A stretch of 21,376 bases of DNA from Calditrichaceae bacterium (GCA_050178385.1 JBFXGD010000051.1:1-21376); one strand, 5' to 3'. Shown: positions 8,781-18,073, numbered from the stretch's first letter. Notes: a model not told the origin generated them from the sequence alone. Program-made: numbers and translations.

Positions 8781-9844
8781 TGAAAAAGATAAAACTGACT
8801 TCACTCGTATCCTGCGCGGGCTGAGCAAGCAAACTTGATCCGGAGGTTCTGGACAGGATTCTTGGAGAATTACCTCAGAATGGCCACCCTGATTTACTGG
8901 TAGGTAATAATTCAGCCGATGATGGAAGTGTTTACAAGTTAACTGATGATCTTGCGATCATAAACACTGTCGACTTTTTTACGCCGATAGTGGATGATCC
9001 GTATCTTTACGGTCAAATAGCAGCGACAAACGCCTTAAGTGATATTTATGCCATGGGCGGCAAACCGATTCTCGCGTTGAATATCATCGGTTTTCCCGAA
9101 GATGTTTTACCTCCCGAAATTTTGAAGGAAATATTAATTGGAGGAGCGGATAAGGCCAGTGAAGCAAATTGCGTCATCGCGGGCGGACATTCCGTTAAGG
9201 ATAAAGAACTTAAATACGGACTGGCTGTGACGGGAACCGTTCATCCTGAAAAAATATGGCGTAATAACACACTGCAGCCGGGAGATCGACTTATTCTGAC
9301 AAAACCGCTTGGAACAGGATGTATTTCGACCGCATTGAAGGCTGACAAAGCGAAAAAACCGGATATCGATGAAATCATAGAGAGCATGCTTACGCTTAAT
9401 AATATTCCTGTGGAAATTTTAACTTCCGGTAAGTACGATGTGCATGCCTGTACAGATATTACGGGATACGGACTGGCTGGTCACTTAATCGAGATGATAA
9501 AGGGAAGTGATTGCAGCGCGGAAATAATGCTGAACAGACTCCCTAAATTCAGCCATACTGATGATTATATTTACAATCCCTTATTTCTCCCGGGAGGGTT
9601 TCACAAAAATCGCAGATTTAATCAGAATTTTTTAAGCTCCGAACGGCCGCCGGATGATGACAGCTATAATATTCTGTTTGATCCACAAACAAGCGGGGGA
9701 CTTTTGATAGCAATTCCGGAAGATCAGGTTCAATCATTTCAAAAAGAACTTGCCGGAAAATACCTGTTTGAAGGCAGGGAAATCGGCTTTGTACCGCATG
9801 ATAAGAAAGGCCGGTTTTTATTTATAAATGAATCATCCTATTAA
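8780..9844 (+). CDS. selD: Selenide, water dikinase (selenophosphate synthetase), selenocysteine-containing; UGA at 8822-8824 read as Sec
   Basis: ATG 8780 reads MKKIKLTSLVSCAG-U-ASKLDPEVL...SADDGSVY..NTVDFFTPIVDDP, in frame with the 8990 ORF (NALSDIYAMGG, GGHS, LTKPLGTG, TDITGYG, DPQTSGGLL); 354 aa; UGA falls at the catalytic Cys/Sec position three residues before the conserved Lys. Confidence 0.96.
8834..8857 (+). promoter_or_regulatory. Bacterial SECIS-like hairpin of selD
   Basis: CTTG-A-TCCGGA-GGT-TCTGGA-CAGG: stem with G:U pairs, a bulged A and a G-first apical loop beginning 20 nt after the UGA. Confidence 0.75.
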
Positions 9845-10188
9845 TCAAATTCCAGGTCGATAAATTTTTCCCGCTTAAGCTGAAGAATAAATTTTGACAC
9901 CCGCTCCCAGACAGAATCCAAATCGGTCCCAAAGTTATCTAATAATCTCTCACCAATATTCTGTACGCTATTGCTGCCGTCGCAGTTTTTCCAGACAACC
10001 GAGCCAAGTTCGTCCAGTTTTACTAAAAAATGTGAAGATTTCATAAAGGGTCCGATTATTTTTCTGGCGGTGGGGGAAAGAAATCTCGGCCTTTTAATAA
10101 TAACTCTGCCGGACTCTTCATCCATATACCATTCCATAAGCGGTACCGGTCTGCACTGAAGTAAATCATTCATATTCTGAGGTTTCAT
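9841..10188 (-). CDS. PqqD-family / RiPP recognition element-like protein (stand-alone)
   Basis: 115 aa from ATG 10188 (AGGA upstream); C-terminal KLDELGSVVWKNCDGSNSVQNIGERL..F..V.KFILQLKREKFI fits the PqqD winged-helix pattern. The longer 10227 start lies inside a hairpin. Confidence 0.85.
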   Translation of the reverse strand: MKPQNMNDLLQCRPVPLMEWYMDEESGRVIIKRPRFLSPTARKIIGPFMKSSHFLVKLDELGSVVWKNCDGSNSVQNIGERLLDNFGTDLDSVWERVSKFILQLKREKFIDLEFD

Positions 10189-10202
10189 ACAATTACAATC
10201 CT

Positions 10203-10240
10203 GAAAAATACAATGACAGGCCGTCAAAACCTGTCATTGT
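10203..10240 (-). terminator. Hairpin with short U-tract between OPT and the PqqD-like gene
   Basis: Perfect 11-bp inverted repeat ACAATGACAGG (10210-10220) / CCTGTCATTGT (10230-10240), 9-nt loop, followed on the minus strand by ATTTTTC. Confidence 0.6.
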
Positions 10241-10262
10241 TGATATTTACAGTTTACAATAT

Positions 10263-12236
10263 TTAATTTTTTGATTTATCGAGAGGAATCTTTATCAGGA
10301 GATATCCAAGCCCAAGAAAAACAATGAGACCTCCGATAGCGCTGGGTGACGATACGCCCAGGGTATTGACCGCAAAATTCTTCAAACTGAATGTACTTTC
10401 GGCAAGATTAGATCCAAGAACGATAAATGCCAGAATAACCGCCATTAACGCTTCGCCCGCAATTAGGCCGGATGAAAGAAGCACACCGTTGTTTTCAGCT
10501 TTTGTACGCTGCTCTGGCGTAGCATTGCGTTTTTTTAATATGGTATCAAGAATCCAGCGGATTATACCGCCGACAAAAATGGCCGAAGTGGAGTTAAAAG
10601 GCAGATACATTCCTACAGCGATAAGCATCGGAGAAGGCGATTTTATGATGATCAGACCCACGGCGAACAACATTCCTGCGATAACTAGCGGCCATGCCAT
10701 CTCACCGCCGACAATGCCCTTTGCCATTAAAGCCATCAGACCCGCCTGTGGAGCCGGCAACTCAGCGCTTCCGATATGATACACCTGATCCATCGCGATC
10801 ATCGGAAACACAAGAACTATGGCCGCGATGATGACACCGATTATTTCACCGGCTTCCATTCGCCATGGAGTACCACCCAATATATGTCCTACTTTTAAAT
10901 CCTGTGTCATATCACCTGCAATCCCTGCAGATGTACAAACAACACCTGCCACACCGAGTACCGCCATGACACCGTGATCACCTGTTACACCGATAATGAC
11001 AAGCAGAATGGCTGCAATAAGCAGAGCGCTCAACGTGAGCCCGCTTATAGGATTATTTGAACTTCCAACCAAACCCACCAGGTAACCGGCCACGGCTGCG
11101 AATAGAAAACCGAGAATAATCATGACAACGGTCAGCAATAATGCTCCGCCGATGGACTGAGCAAAGTAATTATAAAGAAAGAATAGAGGAATTGCGAGCA
11201 CGGCTATTGCTATAATGACTTTTTTAAAATCAATATCAATTTCGAGACGATTAACTTCGCTTTCACGATCACGCTTTTCTCTCAAATCACGAACAGCCTT
11301 CGAGATTCCGTTGAACAGCGAGTCCTTGAGATTATAAAGTGTATAAAATGCCGCTACAATCATAGTCCCAACGGCAAAAGGGCGTATTTGGCGAAACCAT
11401 ACCTCATCAGCGACATCCATCCAGGTATGGGTATCATTTACAAGATTTGCAAGAGCAGGATTAAGAAAGATACCAAGAGGAACCAGCACAAGCCAACCCA
11501 TTACGGCTCCCGAAAACAATACCGCTGACACCCTGAGACCGACAATAAAGCCGACACCTGTTAAGGCGGGTGAAGCTGCCGGGGTTTCCAGTAAAAATCC
11601 GCCCCCATAATTAAAATCTGTTCCAAGCATTACAATTTTTGACTTTGCCAGAGTAAAGTAATCCCGCGTAGAGTCAACTACTAACTGAATACCATTTGAA
11701 TTCTTTATCAATTCCCAAAGAGCGGCAAGTCCCATGCTGATAAAAACATAGCTCGCTCCCGTTTGACCTCCCTGACCCGCTTTTACAATCTCCGATGCAG
11801 CCACACTCTCAGGAAATGGCAGATCGGCTTCCTCAACCATGCTCCGTCTTAAAAGAACAACGAAAAGGACACCGAGCACGCCGCCTATTAACATTATAAA
11901 TGTACTTTCCCAATAATGAAGCTCGTCCCATACTCCGCTTATTACAAAAGCGGGGATTGTAAAAATGGCGCCTGCAACCAAAGCTTCACCCACGGAAGCG
12001 GTTGTTCTGGCGATATTTTCTTCAAGAATTGTCCCTCCGAATGATCGGAGAGCAGCCATGGCGACAACGGCGGCCGGAAAAGTCGCGGCAACTGTCAGGC
12101 CTGCTTTCATTCCCAAATAAGCATTAGCAGCACCCAAAACCACAGCCATCAAGACACCAAGAAATATTGCTTTGAATGAAAATTCTTTCATGTCGATATC
12201 TGCTGATACAAAAGGCTTAAATTCCTTTTTATCCAT
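10263..12236 (-). CDS. Oligopeptide transporter, OPT family
   Basis: 657 aa polytopic; ANAYLGMKAGLTVAATFPAAV, EENIART.ASVGE, LPFPES, GSSNNPISG, QDLKVGHILGGTP, LPAPQA, GMYLP, SGLIAGEAL; RBS GGAG. Confidence 0.96.
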   Translation of the reverse strand: MDKKEFKPFVSADIDMKEFSFKAIFLGVLMAVVLGAANAYLGMKAGLTVAATFPAAVVAMAALRSFGGTILEENIARTTASVGEALVAGAIFTIPAFVISGVWDELHYWESTFIMLIGGVLGVLFVVLLRRSMVEEADLPFPESVAASEIVKAGQGGQTGASYVFISMGLAALWELIKNSNGIQLVVDSTRDYFTLAKSKIVMLGTDFNYGGGFLLETPAASPALTGVGFIVGLRVSAVLFSGAVMGWLVLVPLGIFLNPALANLVNDTHTWMDVADEVWFRQIRPFAVGTMIVAAFYTLYNLKDSLFNGISKAVRDLREKRDRESEVNRLEIDIDFKKVIIAIAVLAIPLFFLYNYFAQSIGGALLLTVVMIILGFLFAAVAGYLVGLVGSSNNPISGLTLSALLIAAILLVIIGVTGDHGVMAVLGVAGVVCTSAGIAGDMTQDLKVGHILGGTPWRMEAGEIIGVIIAAIVLVFPMIAMDQVYHIGSAELPAPQAGLMALMAKGIVGGEMAWPLVIAGMLFAVGLIIIKSPSPMLIAVGMYLPFNSTSAIFVGGIIRWILDTILKKRNATPEQRTKAENNGVLLSSGLIAGEALMAVILAFIVLGSNLAESTFSLKNFAVNTLGVSSPSAIGGLIVFLGLGYLLIKIPLDKSKN

Positions 12237-12313
12237 ACTGAGTCTCCAGATTGATTAAGACGTATCTAATATTAATGCACCATGCCTTTAAATGACGGTA
12301 AAATAACGAGATA

Positions 12314-12342
12314 AAACTACTTTAAATGAAGGAAAAAATCAA
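12314..12342 (-). promoter_or_regulatory. Putative sigma70 promoter for OPT (TTGATT-N17-TAGTTT)
   Basis: Minus-strand -35 at 12342-12337 and -10 at 12319-12314 in the AT-rich divergent intergenic region. Confidence 0.35.
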
Positions 12343-12453
12343 GTTATATATCATTTAAAAAAGACAGTTAAAATTTAAGTTTTCCTTGCATTTAAAGTAA
12401 TTATTTAAAATATTTAAAGTGTTCATATAAATAATTGATAATGGATTTTTAGT

Positions 12454-12858
12454 ATGCAATATGAAGATGTTTATTATTCAATAGGGCAGGTTTCTGAGAT
12501 GACAGGAATCCCGCAATCGGCTTTACGATATTGGGAAACTGTTTTTGATGTGCTAAAACCCAAAAAGTCTTCCGGTGGAAACCGGCAATATTTAAAGCAT
12601 GATATTGATATTATCTTTAAAATTAAAGACTTGCTCTATGAAAAGGCATTTACAATTAAAGGCGCCAACCACCAGTTAAATCAGAATAAAACGGATTTTA
12701 AGATGAATAATACCAAGGAAGCCCAGAAACATATTGATACTATTGATCTGACACATAAAAAGCCGAAAGCGGCAGCCGGGTCTGATCCACAACCAGAAAA
12801 GAAAATAATCGCAAAGACAATCAGTGAATTAAAGGAAATATTAAAATTATTAGAATGA
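12454..12858 (+). CDS. MerR-family HTH protein (ihfA/tRNA-Pro-associated subtype)
   Basis: YYSIGQVSEMTGIPQSALRYWETVF..LKPKKSSGGNRQY..DI..I..IK.LLYEKAFTIKGA; no evident effector domain; directly upstream of tRNA-Pro(GGG). Confidence 0.92.
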   Translation: MQYEDVYYSIGQVSEMTGIPQSALRYWETVFDVLKPKKSSGGNRQYLKHDIDIIFKIKDLLYEKAFTIKGANHQLNQNKTDFKMNNTKEAQKHIDTIDLTHKKPKAAAGSDPQPEKKIIAKTISELKEILKLLE

Positions 12859-12874
12859 TTCAGATCTTAACGGG

Positions 12875-12903
12875 TTGCATTTGAATCTAATCTTATTTAA
12901 ATT
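12875..12903 (+). promoter_or_regulatory. Putative sigma70 promoter of tRNA-Pro(GGG) (TTGCAT-N17-TAAATT)
   Basis: -35 at 12875-12880, -10 at 12898-12903, 9 nt before the tRNA. Confidence 0.65.
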
Positions 12904-12912
12904 CATGCCGTT

Positions 12913-12986
12913 CGGAGCGTAGCGCAGTCTGGTAGCGCACTTGAATGGGGTTCAAGGGGTCGCTGGTTCGAATCCAGTCGCTCCGA
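12913..12986 (+). tRNA. tRNA-Pro(GGG), CCA not encoded
   Basis: Acceptor CGGAGCG/CGCTCCG plus A73; D arm GCGC/GCGC; anticodon arm CTTGA-ATGGGGT-TCAAG; T arm GCTGG-TTCGAAT-CCAGT. Confidence 0.97.
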
Positions 12987-12994
12987 CTAGTAAC

Positions 12995-13026
12995 GGGGAT
13001 TGGAATTACACAATCCCCATTTTTTT
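12995..13026 (+). terminator. Rho-independent terminator after tRNA-Pro(GGG)
   Basis: GGGGATTG-GAATTACA-CAATCCCC then ATTTTTTT. Confidence 0.85.
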
Positions 13027-13062
13027 ATTCAATTCCGGGAGTTAAAGCAAATCCAGACGTCT

Positions 13063-13746
13063 ATGTATAAATATGACATGCTCATCCCCGCGTATAACGC
13101 TCAAAATACACTCCCAATACTATTTGAGCAAATTAATCAGCTTGATAAAAAACCTGAAACCATCTTTGTTGTAAATGACGGTTCAACTGACCGGACGGGA
13201 CAAATCGCGCTAAGTTCAGGGGCTAAAGTAATCAGCCTGGACACAAATCACGGAAAAGGATTTGCGCTGAGAGAAGGGTACAAGGCTTTCAAGGAATCAG
13301 GACAATCCGATCTGCTTATTTGTCTGGATGCGGATCTTCAACATCCTGTACATTCAGTCCCGGAATTTCTCGATCACGCCCGTAAACTGAATTCGAAGAT
13401 TATCATTGGAAACCGGGAAAAAATTCCGTCAAAAATGCCTGCCGCGCGTATTATCTCAAATCGTATAACATCATTCATATTATCATTTCTCACCGGCCAA
13501 CAGATTAAAGACAGCCAGTGCGGCTATAGACTGATCCACAAAAATGTTCTGGAAAATCTGGAATTTTCGGAAGACGGATTTCAGCTGGAGAGTGAATTTC
13601 TCATTAAGGCAGCTCAACAAAATTATAATATCGAATTTGTTAATATCCCAACAATTTATACCGGCGGAAATTCTCATATCCATCATTTTAATGATACAGT
13701 GAAATTTATCCGGTTGATTTTAAGAGAGATTTATAAAAAATTATGA
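13063..13746 (+). CDS. Family 2 glycosyltransferase, DPM-synthase-like (polyprenyl-phosphate glycosyltransferase type)
   Basis: LIPAYNA, VVNDGSTD, NHGKGFAL, DADLQH, DSQCGYR, FQLESE. Start set at ATG 13063 because the 13000 TTG lies in the tRNA terminator. Confidence 0.9.
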   Translation: MYKYDMLIPAYNAQNTLPILFEQINQLDKKPETIFVVNDGSTDRTGQIALSSGAKVISLDTNHGKGFALREGYKAFKESGQSDLLICLDADLQHPVHSVPEFLDHARKLNSKIIIGNREKIPSKMPAARIISNRITSFILSFLTGQQIKDSQCGYRLIHKNVLENLEFSEDGFQLESEFLIKAAQQNYNIEFVNIPTIYTGGNSHIHHFNDTVKFIRLILREIYKKL

Positions 13747-14372
13747 TTTACAAAAACAAAGCGGAAAAAATGATCACACGCCTGCGAGAAATGGGTGTGA
13801 AAGACGAAAAAGTGCTTTCTGCAATGAACACGGTTCCGAGACATTGTTTTGTCCGACATGGGCTTGAATAGCAGGCCTACGATGAAAAGGCGCTGCCTAG
13901 TGGATTTGGACAGACCATTGCGCATCCATACACAGTAGCGGTTATGACTCAGGCGCTTGAAGTGAAACCCGGAGATAAAATTCTCGAAATAGGGACCGGA
14001 TCGGGATATCAGACTGCTGTTTTGTGTCAATTGGGCGCTCAGGTTTTTACAATTGAAAAGGTTTCCGCGCTTGCCGATTTCGCGACGAATAATCTTCATC
14101 AATTTGGATTTCATTACGTTATGCGGGTTGGCGACGGGACGCTTGGCTGGCAAAGCTATGCGCCTTATAACTCGGTGATTATAACCGCGGGAGCTCCGGT
14201 TTTGCCAGAAGATCTTCTTGGGCAGTTGACTCCAGACGGGAGATTAATTATTCCTGTCGGGGATAAAAAAGAACAGATATTAACACTTTATCTGAAGGAA
14301 AACGATCATTTTCGAAAAATTGAACTCGAAAAGCTAAAATTTGTACCGCTTGTCGGAAAGAAAGGGTGGTAG
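13743..14372 (+). pseudogene. pcm: Protein-L-isoaspartate O-methyltransferase interrupted by an in-frame TAG at 13869-13871 (pseudogene, readthrough or sequence error)
   Basis: ATG 13743 (ATGA overlap with GT2) reads MIYKNKAEKMITRLREMGVKDEKVLSAMNTVPRHCFVRHGLE*QAYDEKALPSGFGQTIAHPYTVAVMTQAL..ILEIGTGSGYQ..GDGTLGW..FVPLVGKKGW. Pcm homology on both sides of the stop; identity is secure, functional status is not. Confidence 0.85.
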
Positions 14373-14375
14373 AAT

Positions 14376-15278
14376 ATGGATTTCAGGGCGGATGAACCCC
14401 GTACTCTGGTAAATAATATGCGTTTGTTCTTTGTTGGGCTGGCGATGGGGGTTGCCAACATTATACCGGGCGTGAGCGGTGGAACAATCGCGGTAGTCTT
14501 CGGGATCTATGAAGAACTCATGGAGTCACTGGGAAATTTTCTCACCAACAGTGAAAAGCGCTGGAGATATATAAAATTTCTGGCAATACTTTTTTTGGGA
14601 TCAGTGATTGCTATAATCGTTTTTGCCCGCTTATTAAGCTGGGCATATCAAAATTATGAGATGATGACCGTCTATTTTTTTATGGGACTTATCCTGGGTA
14701 GTATTCCGGTGGTCATCAGATCCCACAACGATATGAAGCCAAATTTAAGCAGAATTATTGTTTTTTTGAGCGGAGTAGTCCTTGTTGTAATTCTTGCATT
14801 GCAGCAAAATGATCCCACAGTTGCTAAGAATGCAGTTTTTGACTATACGGCCTATGGGCTAAGCGATTATATTTATTATTTATTCTCTGGTGCTATTGCC
14901 GCATCGGCGATGATCATTCCCGGCATAAGCGGCTCTTTCATTTTAATACTTCTCGGAGCTTATTGGGTAGTTCTCAGCTCATTAAATGATTTAACAACTA
15001 TTCTGGTGGAATCCGGATTGACAGCTGAAATGACGGTTCGATTGAGTATACTTGGATTTTTGGGAGTAGGTATCATTATAGGGATTTTTGGATTTTCCAA
15101 GTTAATGAATATCGCATTAAAAAAGCAGCCGGCATTGACGATGTATGCTATTTTGGGTTTAATAATTGGTTCGATTTACCAAATTTATCCCGGTTTTAAA
15201 ATGAATATGGACGGATTAGGCGCGCTTATTACTTTCGCAGCCGGAATCGGAATTTCGCTTAAATTTGGGGCAGAGTGA
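14376..15278 (+). CDS. DUF368 family membrane protein (putative undecaprenyl-phosphate translocase, PopT-like)
   Basis: Two repeated re-entrant motifs, MGVANIIPGVSGGTIA..GIY and ASAMIIPGISGSFIL..LGAY; FFMGLILGS, GLIIGS. Confidence 0.92.
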   Translation: MDFRADEPRTLVNNMRLFFVGLAMGVANIIPGVSGGTIAVVFGIYEELMESLGNFLTNSEKRWRYIKFLAILFLGSVIAIIVFARLLSWAYQNYEMMTVYFFMGLILGSIPVVIRSHNDMKPNLSRIIVFLSGVVLVVILALQQNDPTVAKNAVFDYTAYGLSDYIYYLFSGAIAASAMIIPGISGSFILILLGAYWVVLSSLNDLTTILVESGLTAEMTVRLSILGFLGVGIIIGIFGFSKLMNIALKKQPALTMYAILGLIIGSIYQIYPGFKMNMDGLGALITFAAGIGISLKFGAE

Positions 15279-15327
15279 TCTGAATAAGAAAATTTCGTAA
15301 AAATTCTATGGATAACCATAGCTTTAC

Positions 15328-15356
15328 TTGACTTAAATATATATATCCCTTAAATT
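15328..15356 (+). promoter_or_regulatory. Putative sigma70 promoter of tRNA-Pro(CGG)-leuS (TTGACT-N17-TAAATT)
   Basis: -35 at 15328-15333, -10 at 15351-15356; same -10 hexamer as the other tRNA promoter. Confidence 0.7.
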
Positions 15357-15383
15357 TGCTTCTTCATTTTAATTCTATTCGTT

Positions 15384-15460
<77 letters not shown>

Positions 15461-15497
15461 CTTTTTCCCGCTCATAATAAAACATGGAGATAAAGGA

Positions 15498-17969
15498 ATG
15501 GGGATTCCTTACAAGAATATAGAGAAAAAGTGGAAAAAATACTGGCAGGATAACCATACATTTAAGGTTGATTTATCCAAAACAGATAACAAATGTTATT
15601 CATTGGTCATGTTTAGTTATCCATCTTCGGATAAACTGCATTTAGGGCACTGGTTTAATTATGGCCCGACTGACAGCTGGGCACGATTCAAAAGGATGCA
15701 GGGTTACAATGTCTTTGAACCAATGGGGTTCGACGCATTCGGATTACCCGCTGAAAATTATGCCGTTAAAACGGGTATTCATCCTCAAATTACCACCGAA
15801 GAAAATATTTCTTTTATCCGCGAACAGTTAAAAGCAATTGGCGCGATGTATGACTGGGACTACGAAGTTAACACAAGTCACCCTGACTATTATAAATGGA
15901 CTCAATGGCTGTTTCTGAAATTATATGAAAAAGGCCTGGCTTATCGCTCGAAAGCGCCGGTTAACTGGTGTCCAAAGGATCAGACTGTTTTGGCGAATGA
16001 GCAGGTTGTTGACGGTGCGTGTGAACGCTGCGGCACGCTGGTTGAAAAACGAAATCTGACTCAGTGGTTTTTCAAAATAACCGACTATGCGGATGAGTTA
16101 CTGGAAAAACTGGATGATCTTGACTGGCCAGAGAAAACGAAGGCGATGCAAACCAACTGGATTGGAAAAAGTTATGGATTACAGATAAATTTCAGCATCG
16201 ATGGTCATTCAGGCGAACAGATAATGGTGTTCACAACAAGACCGGATACCTTATTCGGGGTCACGTATGTAGTGCTTGCGCCCGAACATGAGCTTGTCGA
16301 TAAATTGACCATTGAAAAATATCGCGATTCTGTTGATGCATATAAATTAGAGTCTTCAAGAACATCAGAAATCGATCGGGTAGCGACAACGCGTGAAAAA
16401 TCAGGTGTTTTTACCGGCAGTTATGCCATAAATCCGGTAAATGGAGAGAAAGTCCCCGTCTGGGTTGCCGATTATGTTCTTGCCACTTACGGAACCGGAG
16501 CGGTTATGGCTGTTCCGGGACATGATACGCGTGACTTTGAATTTGCAAAGAAATTTGATTTACCGATCAGGAAAGTGATACTTGAAGAAGGAAAAGATCC
16601 GCGCGCGGAACTGACCGAAGCTTATGTCGATAACGGAATAATGATCAATTCAGGCAAATATGATTCTCTTGCATCCGGAGGCTGTGCTCAAAAAATTGGT
16701 GATGATTTATGTTCGGAAAAGAAAGCTCAATGGACCATCCAGTATAAGCTGCGCGATTGGCTGGTAAGCAGGCAAAGATATTGGGGTGCCCCAATACCAA
16801 TCATTCATTGTGATTCATGCGGAGAGGTACCGGTGCCTGAACGCGATCTACCGGTTTTGCTGCCTGAAGATGTCGATTTTAATCCGAAAGGACAGTCACC
16901 GCTCTCAACATCAGAATCTTTTGTGAACACGACTTGCCCAAAATGCGGGGCATCCGCAAAAAGGGAAGTGGACACAATGGACACATTTGTATGTTCATCA
17001 TGGTACTATTTAAGATATCCCGATCCGAAAAACAGCAATGAGCCATGGAATAAAGAACTCATAAACAAGATGTTGCCTGTTGATAAATATGTCGGTGGCG
17101 CGGAACATGCCACAATGCATTTATTGTATTCCCGGTTTATCACAAAAGCCCTAAGAGATATGGGTTACCTTTCATTTGATGAACCATTTTTAAGCCTGGT
17201 ACACCAGGGTGTTATAAAGGGCCCTGATGGTATGAGGATGTCAAAATCAAAGGGGAATGTTGTCAATCCCGAAGGTTATCTCGAAAAATACGGCGGCGAT
17301 GTCTTCCGGACTTACCTGATGTTCGGTTTCGCCTATACAGACGGCGGCCCTTGGGATGATTCCGGTATTACCGCAATTGATCGTTTTTTAAAGCGCGTGT
17401 GGCGTTTAATGGAAACCACGCAGTCATATTTTCAGGCGGGCCGAAACGAAACTATATTTGAAGATCCGGAAAAAAATCTGCGCAGAGTTCTGCATAATTC
17501 AATAAAAGGCGTCACGCTGGATACAGAGAGATTTCATTTTAACACTTCGATAAGCCGAATCATGGAATTAACCAACGAGCTTTACAAATATGTCCAGGAT
17601 AGAGATGCGCGTTCCTATAACAGGGAATTACTAAAAGAAGCAGTGACGAATCTTATACTATTACTTGCGCCTTTCACTCCTCATCTTGCGGAAGAGCTGT
17701 GGGAACAAGCAGGTGAAAAAAATTCTGTTTTTGATCAGAAGTGGCCTGAATATAAAGATGAATTCCTAAAGGTTGATGAGATTTCGTGGGTTATTCAGGT
17801 CAATGGGAAAATTCGGGAACGGTTACAGGCAAGTGCGGATCTGACAAATGATGAAGCAAGAAAAAAGGCAATGGCTTATGGCCGTATTCCTGAATGGATT
17901 AATGGAAAAACGATCAAAAAGGTAATCGTAGTGCCCAAAAAACTAATCAATATTGTTGTGGCGGGCTGA
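15498..17969 (+). CDS. leuS: Leucine-tRNA ligase
   Basis: 823 aa; MFSYPS..LHLGH (HIGH), [61 protein letters not shown] (KMSKS), QVNGK. Confidence 0.98.
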   Translation: MGIPYKNIEKKWKKYWQDNHTFKVDLSKTDNKCYSLVMFSYPSSDKLHLGHWFNYGPTDSWARFKRMQGYNVFEPMGFDAFGLPAENYAVKTGIHPQITTEENISFIREQLKAIGAMYDWDYEVNTSHPDYYKWTQWLFLKLYEKGLAYRSKAPVNWCPKDQTVLANEQVVDGACERCGTLVEKRNLTQWFFKITDYADELLEKLDDLDWPEKTKAMQTNWIGKSYGLQINFSIDGHSGEQIMVFTTRPDTLFGVTYVVLAPEHELVDKLTIEKYRDSVDAYKLESSRTSEIDRVATTREKSGVFTGSYAINPVNGEKVPVWVADYVLATYGTGAVMAVPGHDTRDFEFAKKFDLPIRKVILEEGKDPRAELTEAYVDNGIMINSGKYDSLASGGCAQKIGDDLCSEKKAQWTIQYKLRDWLVSRQRYWGAPIPIIHCDSCGEVPVPERDLPVLLPEDVDFNPKGQSPLSTSESFVNTTCPKCGASAKREVDTMDTFVCSSWYYLRYPDPKNSNEPWNKELINKMLPVDKYVGGAEHATMHLLYSRFITKALRDMGYLSFDEPFLSLVHQGVIKGPDGMRMSKSKGNVVNPEGYLEKYGGDVFRTYLMFGFAYTDGGPWDDSGITAIDRFLKRVWRLMETTQSYFQAGRNETIFEDPEKNLRRVLHNSIKGVTLDTERFHFNTSISRIMELTNELYKYVQDRDARSYNRELLKEAVTNLILLLAPFTPHLAEELWEQAGEKNSVFDQKWPEYKDEFLKVDEISWVIQVNGKIRERLQASADLTNDEARKKAMAYGRIPEWINGKTIKKVIVVPKKLINIVVAG

Positions 17970-17983
17970 TAAAAGATCTAGCC

Positions 17984-18030
17984 AAAAACCCTGATTGTTA
18001 AATTCAAATGAGCAGCAATCAGGGTTTTTT
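17984..18030 (+). terminator. Rho-independent terminator after leuS
   Basis: AAAAACCCTGATTG..CAATCAGGGTTTTT 14-bp inverted repeat ending in a U-tract. Confidence 0.8.
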
Positions 18031-18073
18031 ATTTAACAGAGTATCACTGCTTTTCAGGGAGAATAAGATAAAA

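Noticed and set aside
8990..9844. selD as a truncated 284-aa gene or pseudogene
   Set aside because: The upstream frame is intact apart from one UGA at the catalytic site with a SECIS-like stem; Sec recoding explains it better.
9841..9844. Overlapping stop codons (TTAA) of selD and the PqqD-like gene as evidence of a functional link
   Set aside because: Convergent 4-bp overlaps are common in compact genomes and do not imply shared function.
12237..12453. RiPP precursor ORF or MerR operator in the OPT-merR intergenic region
   Set aside because: Only tiny ORFs of a few codons were seen; the TTTAAA..TAATTA..TTTAAA dyad is imperfect and expected by chance in very AT-rich DNA.
17984..18030. Shared AAACCCTG/CAGGGTTT arms between the leuS terminator, the 6S closing stem and 19384-19390 as a repeat family
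   Set aside because: The match is only about 8 bp and is typical terminator-stem composition.
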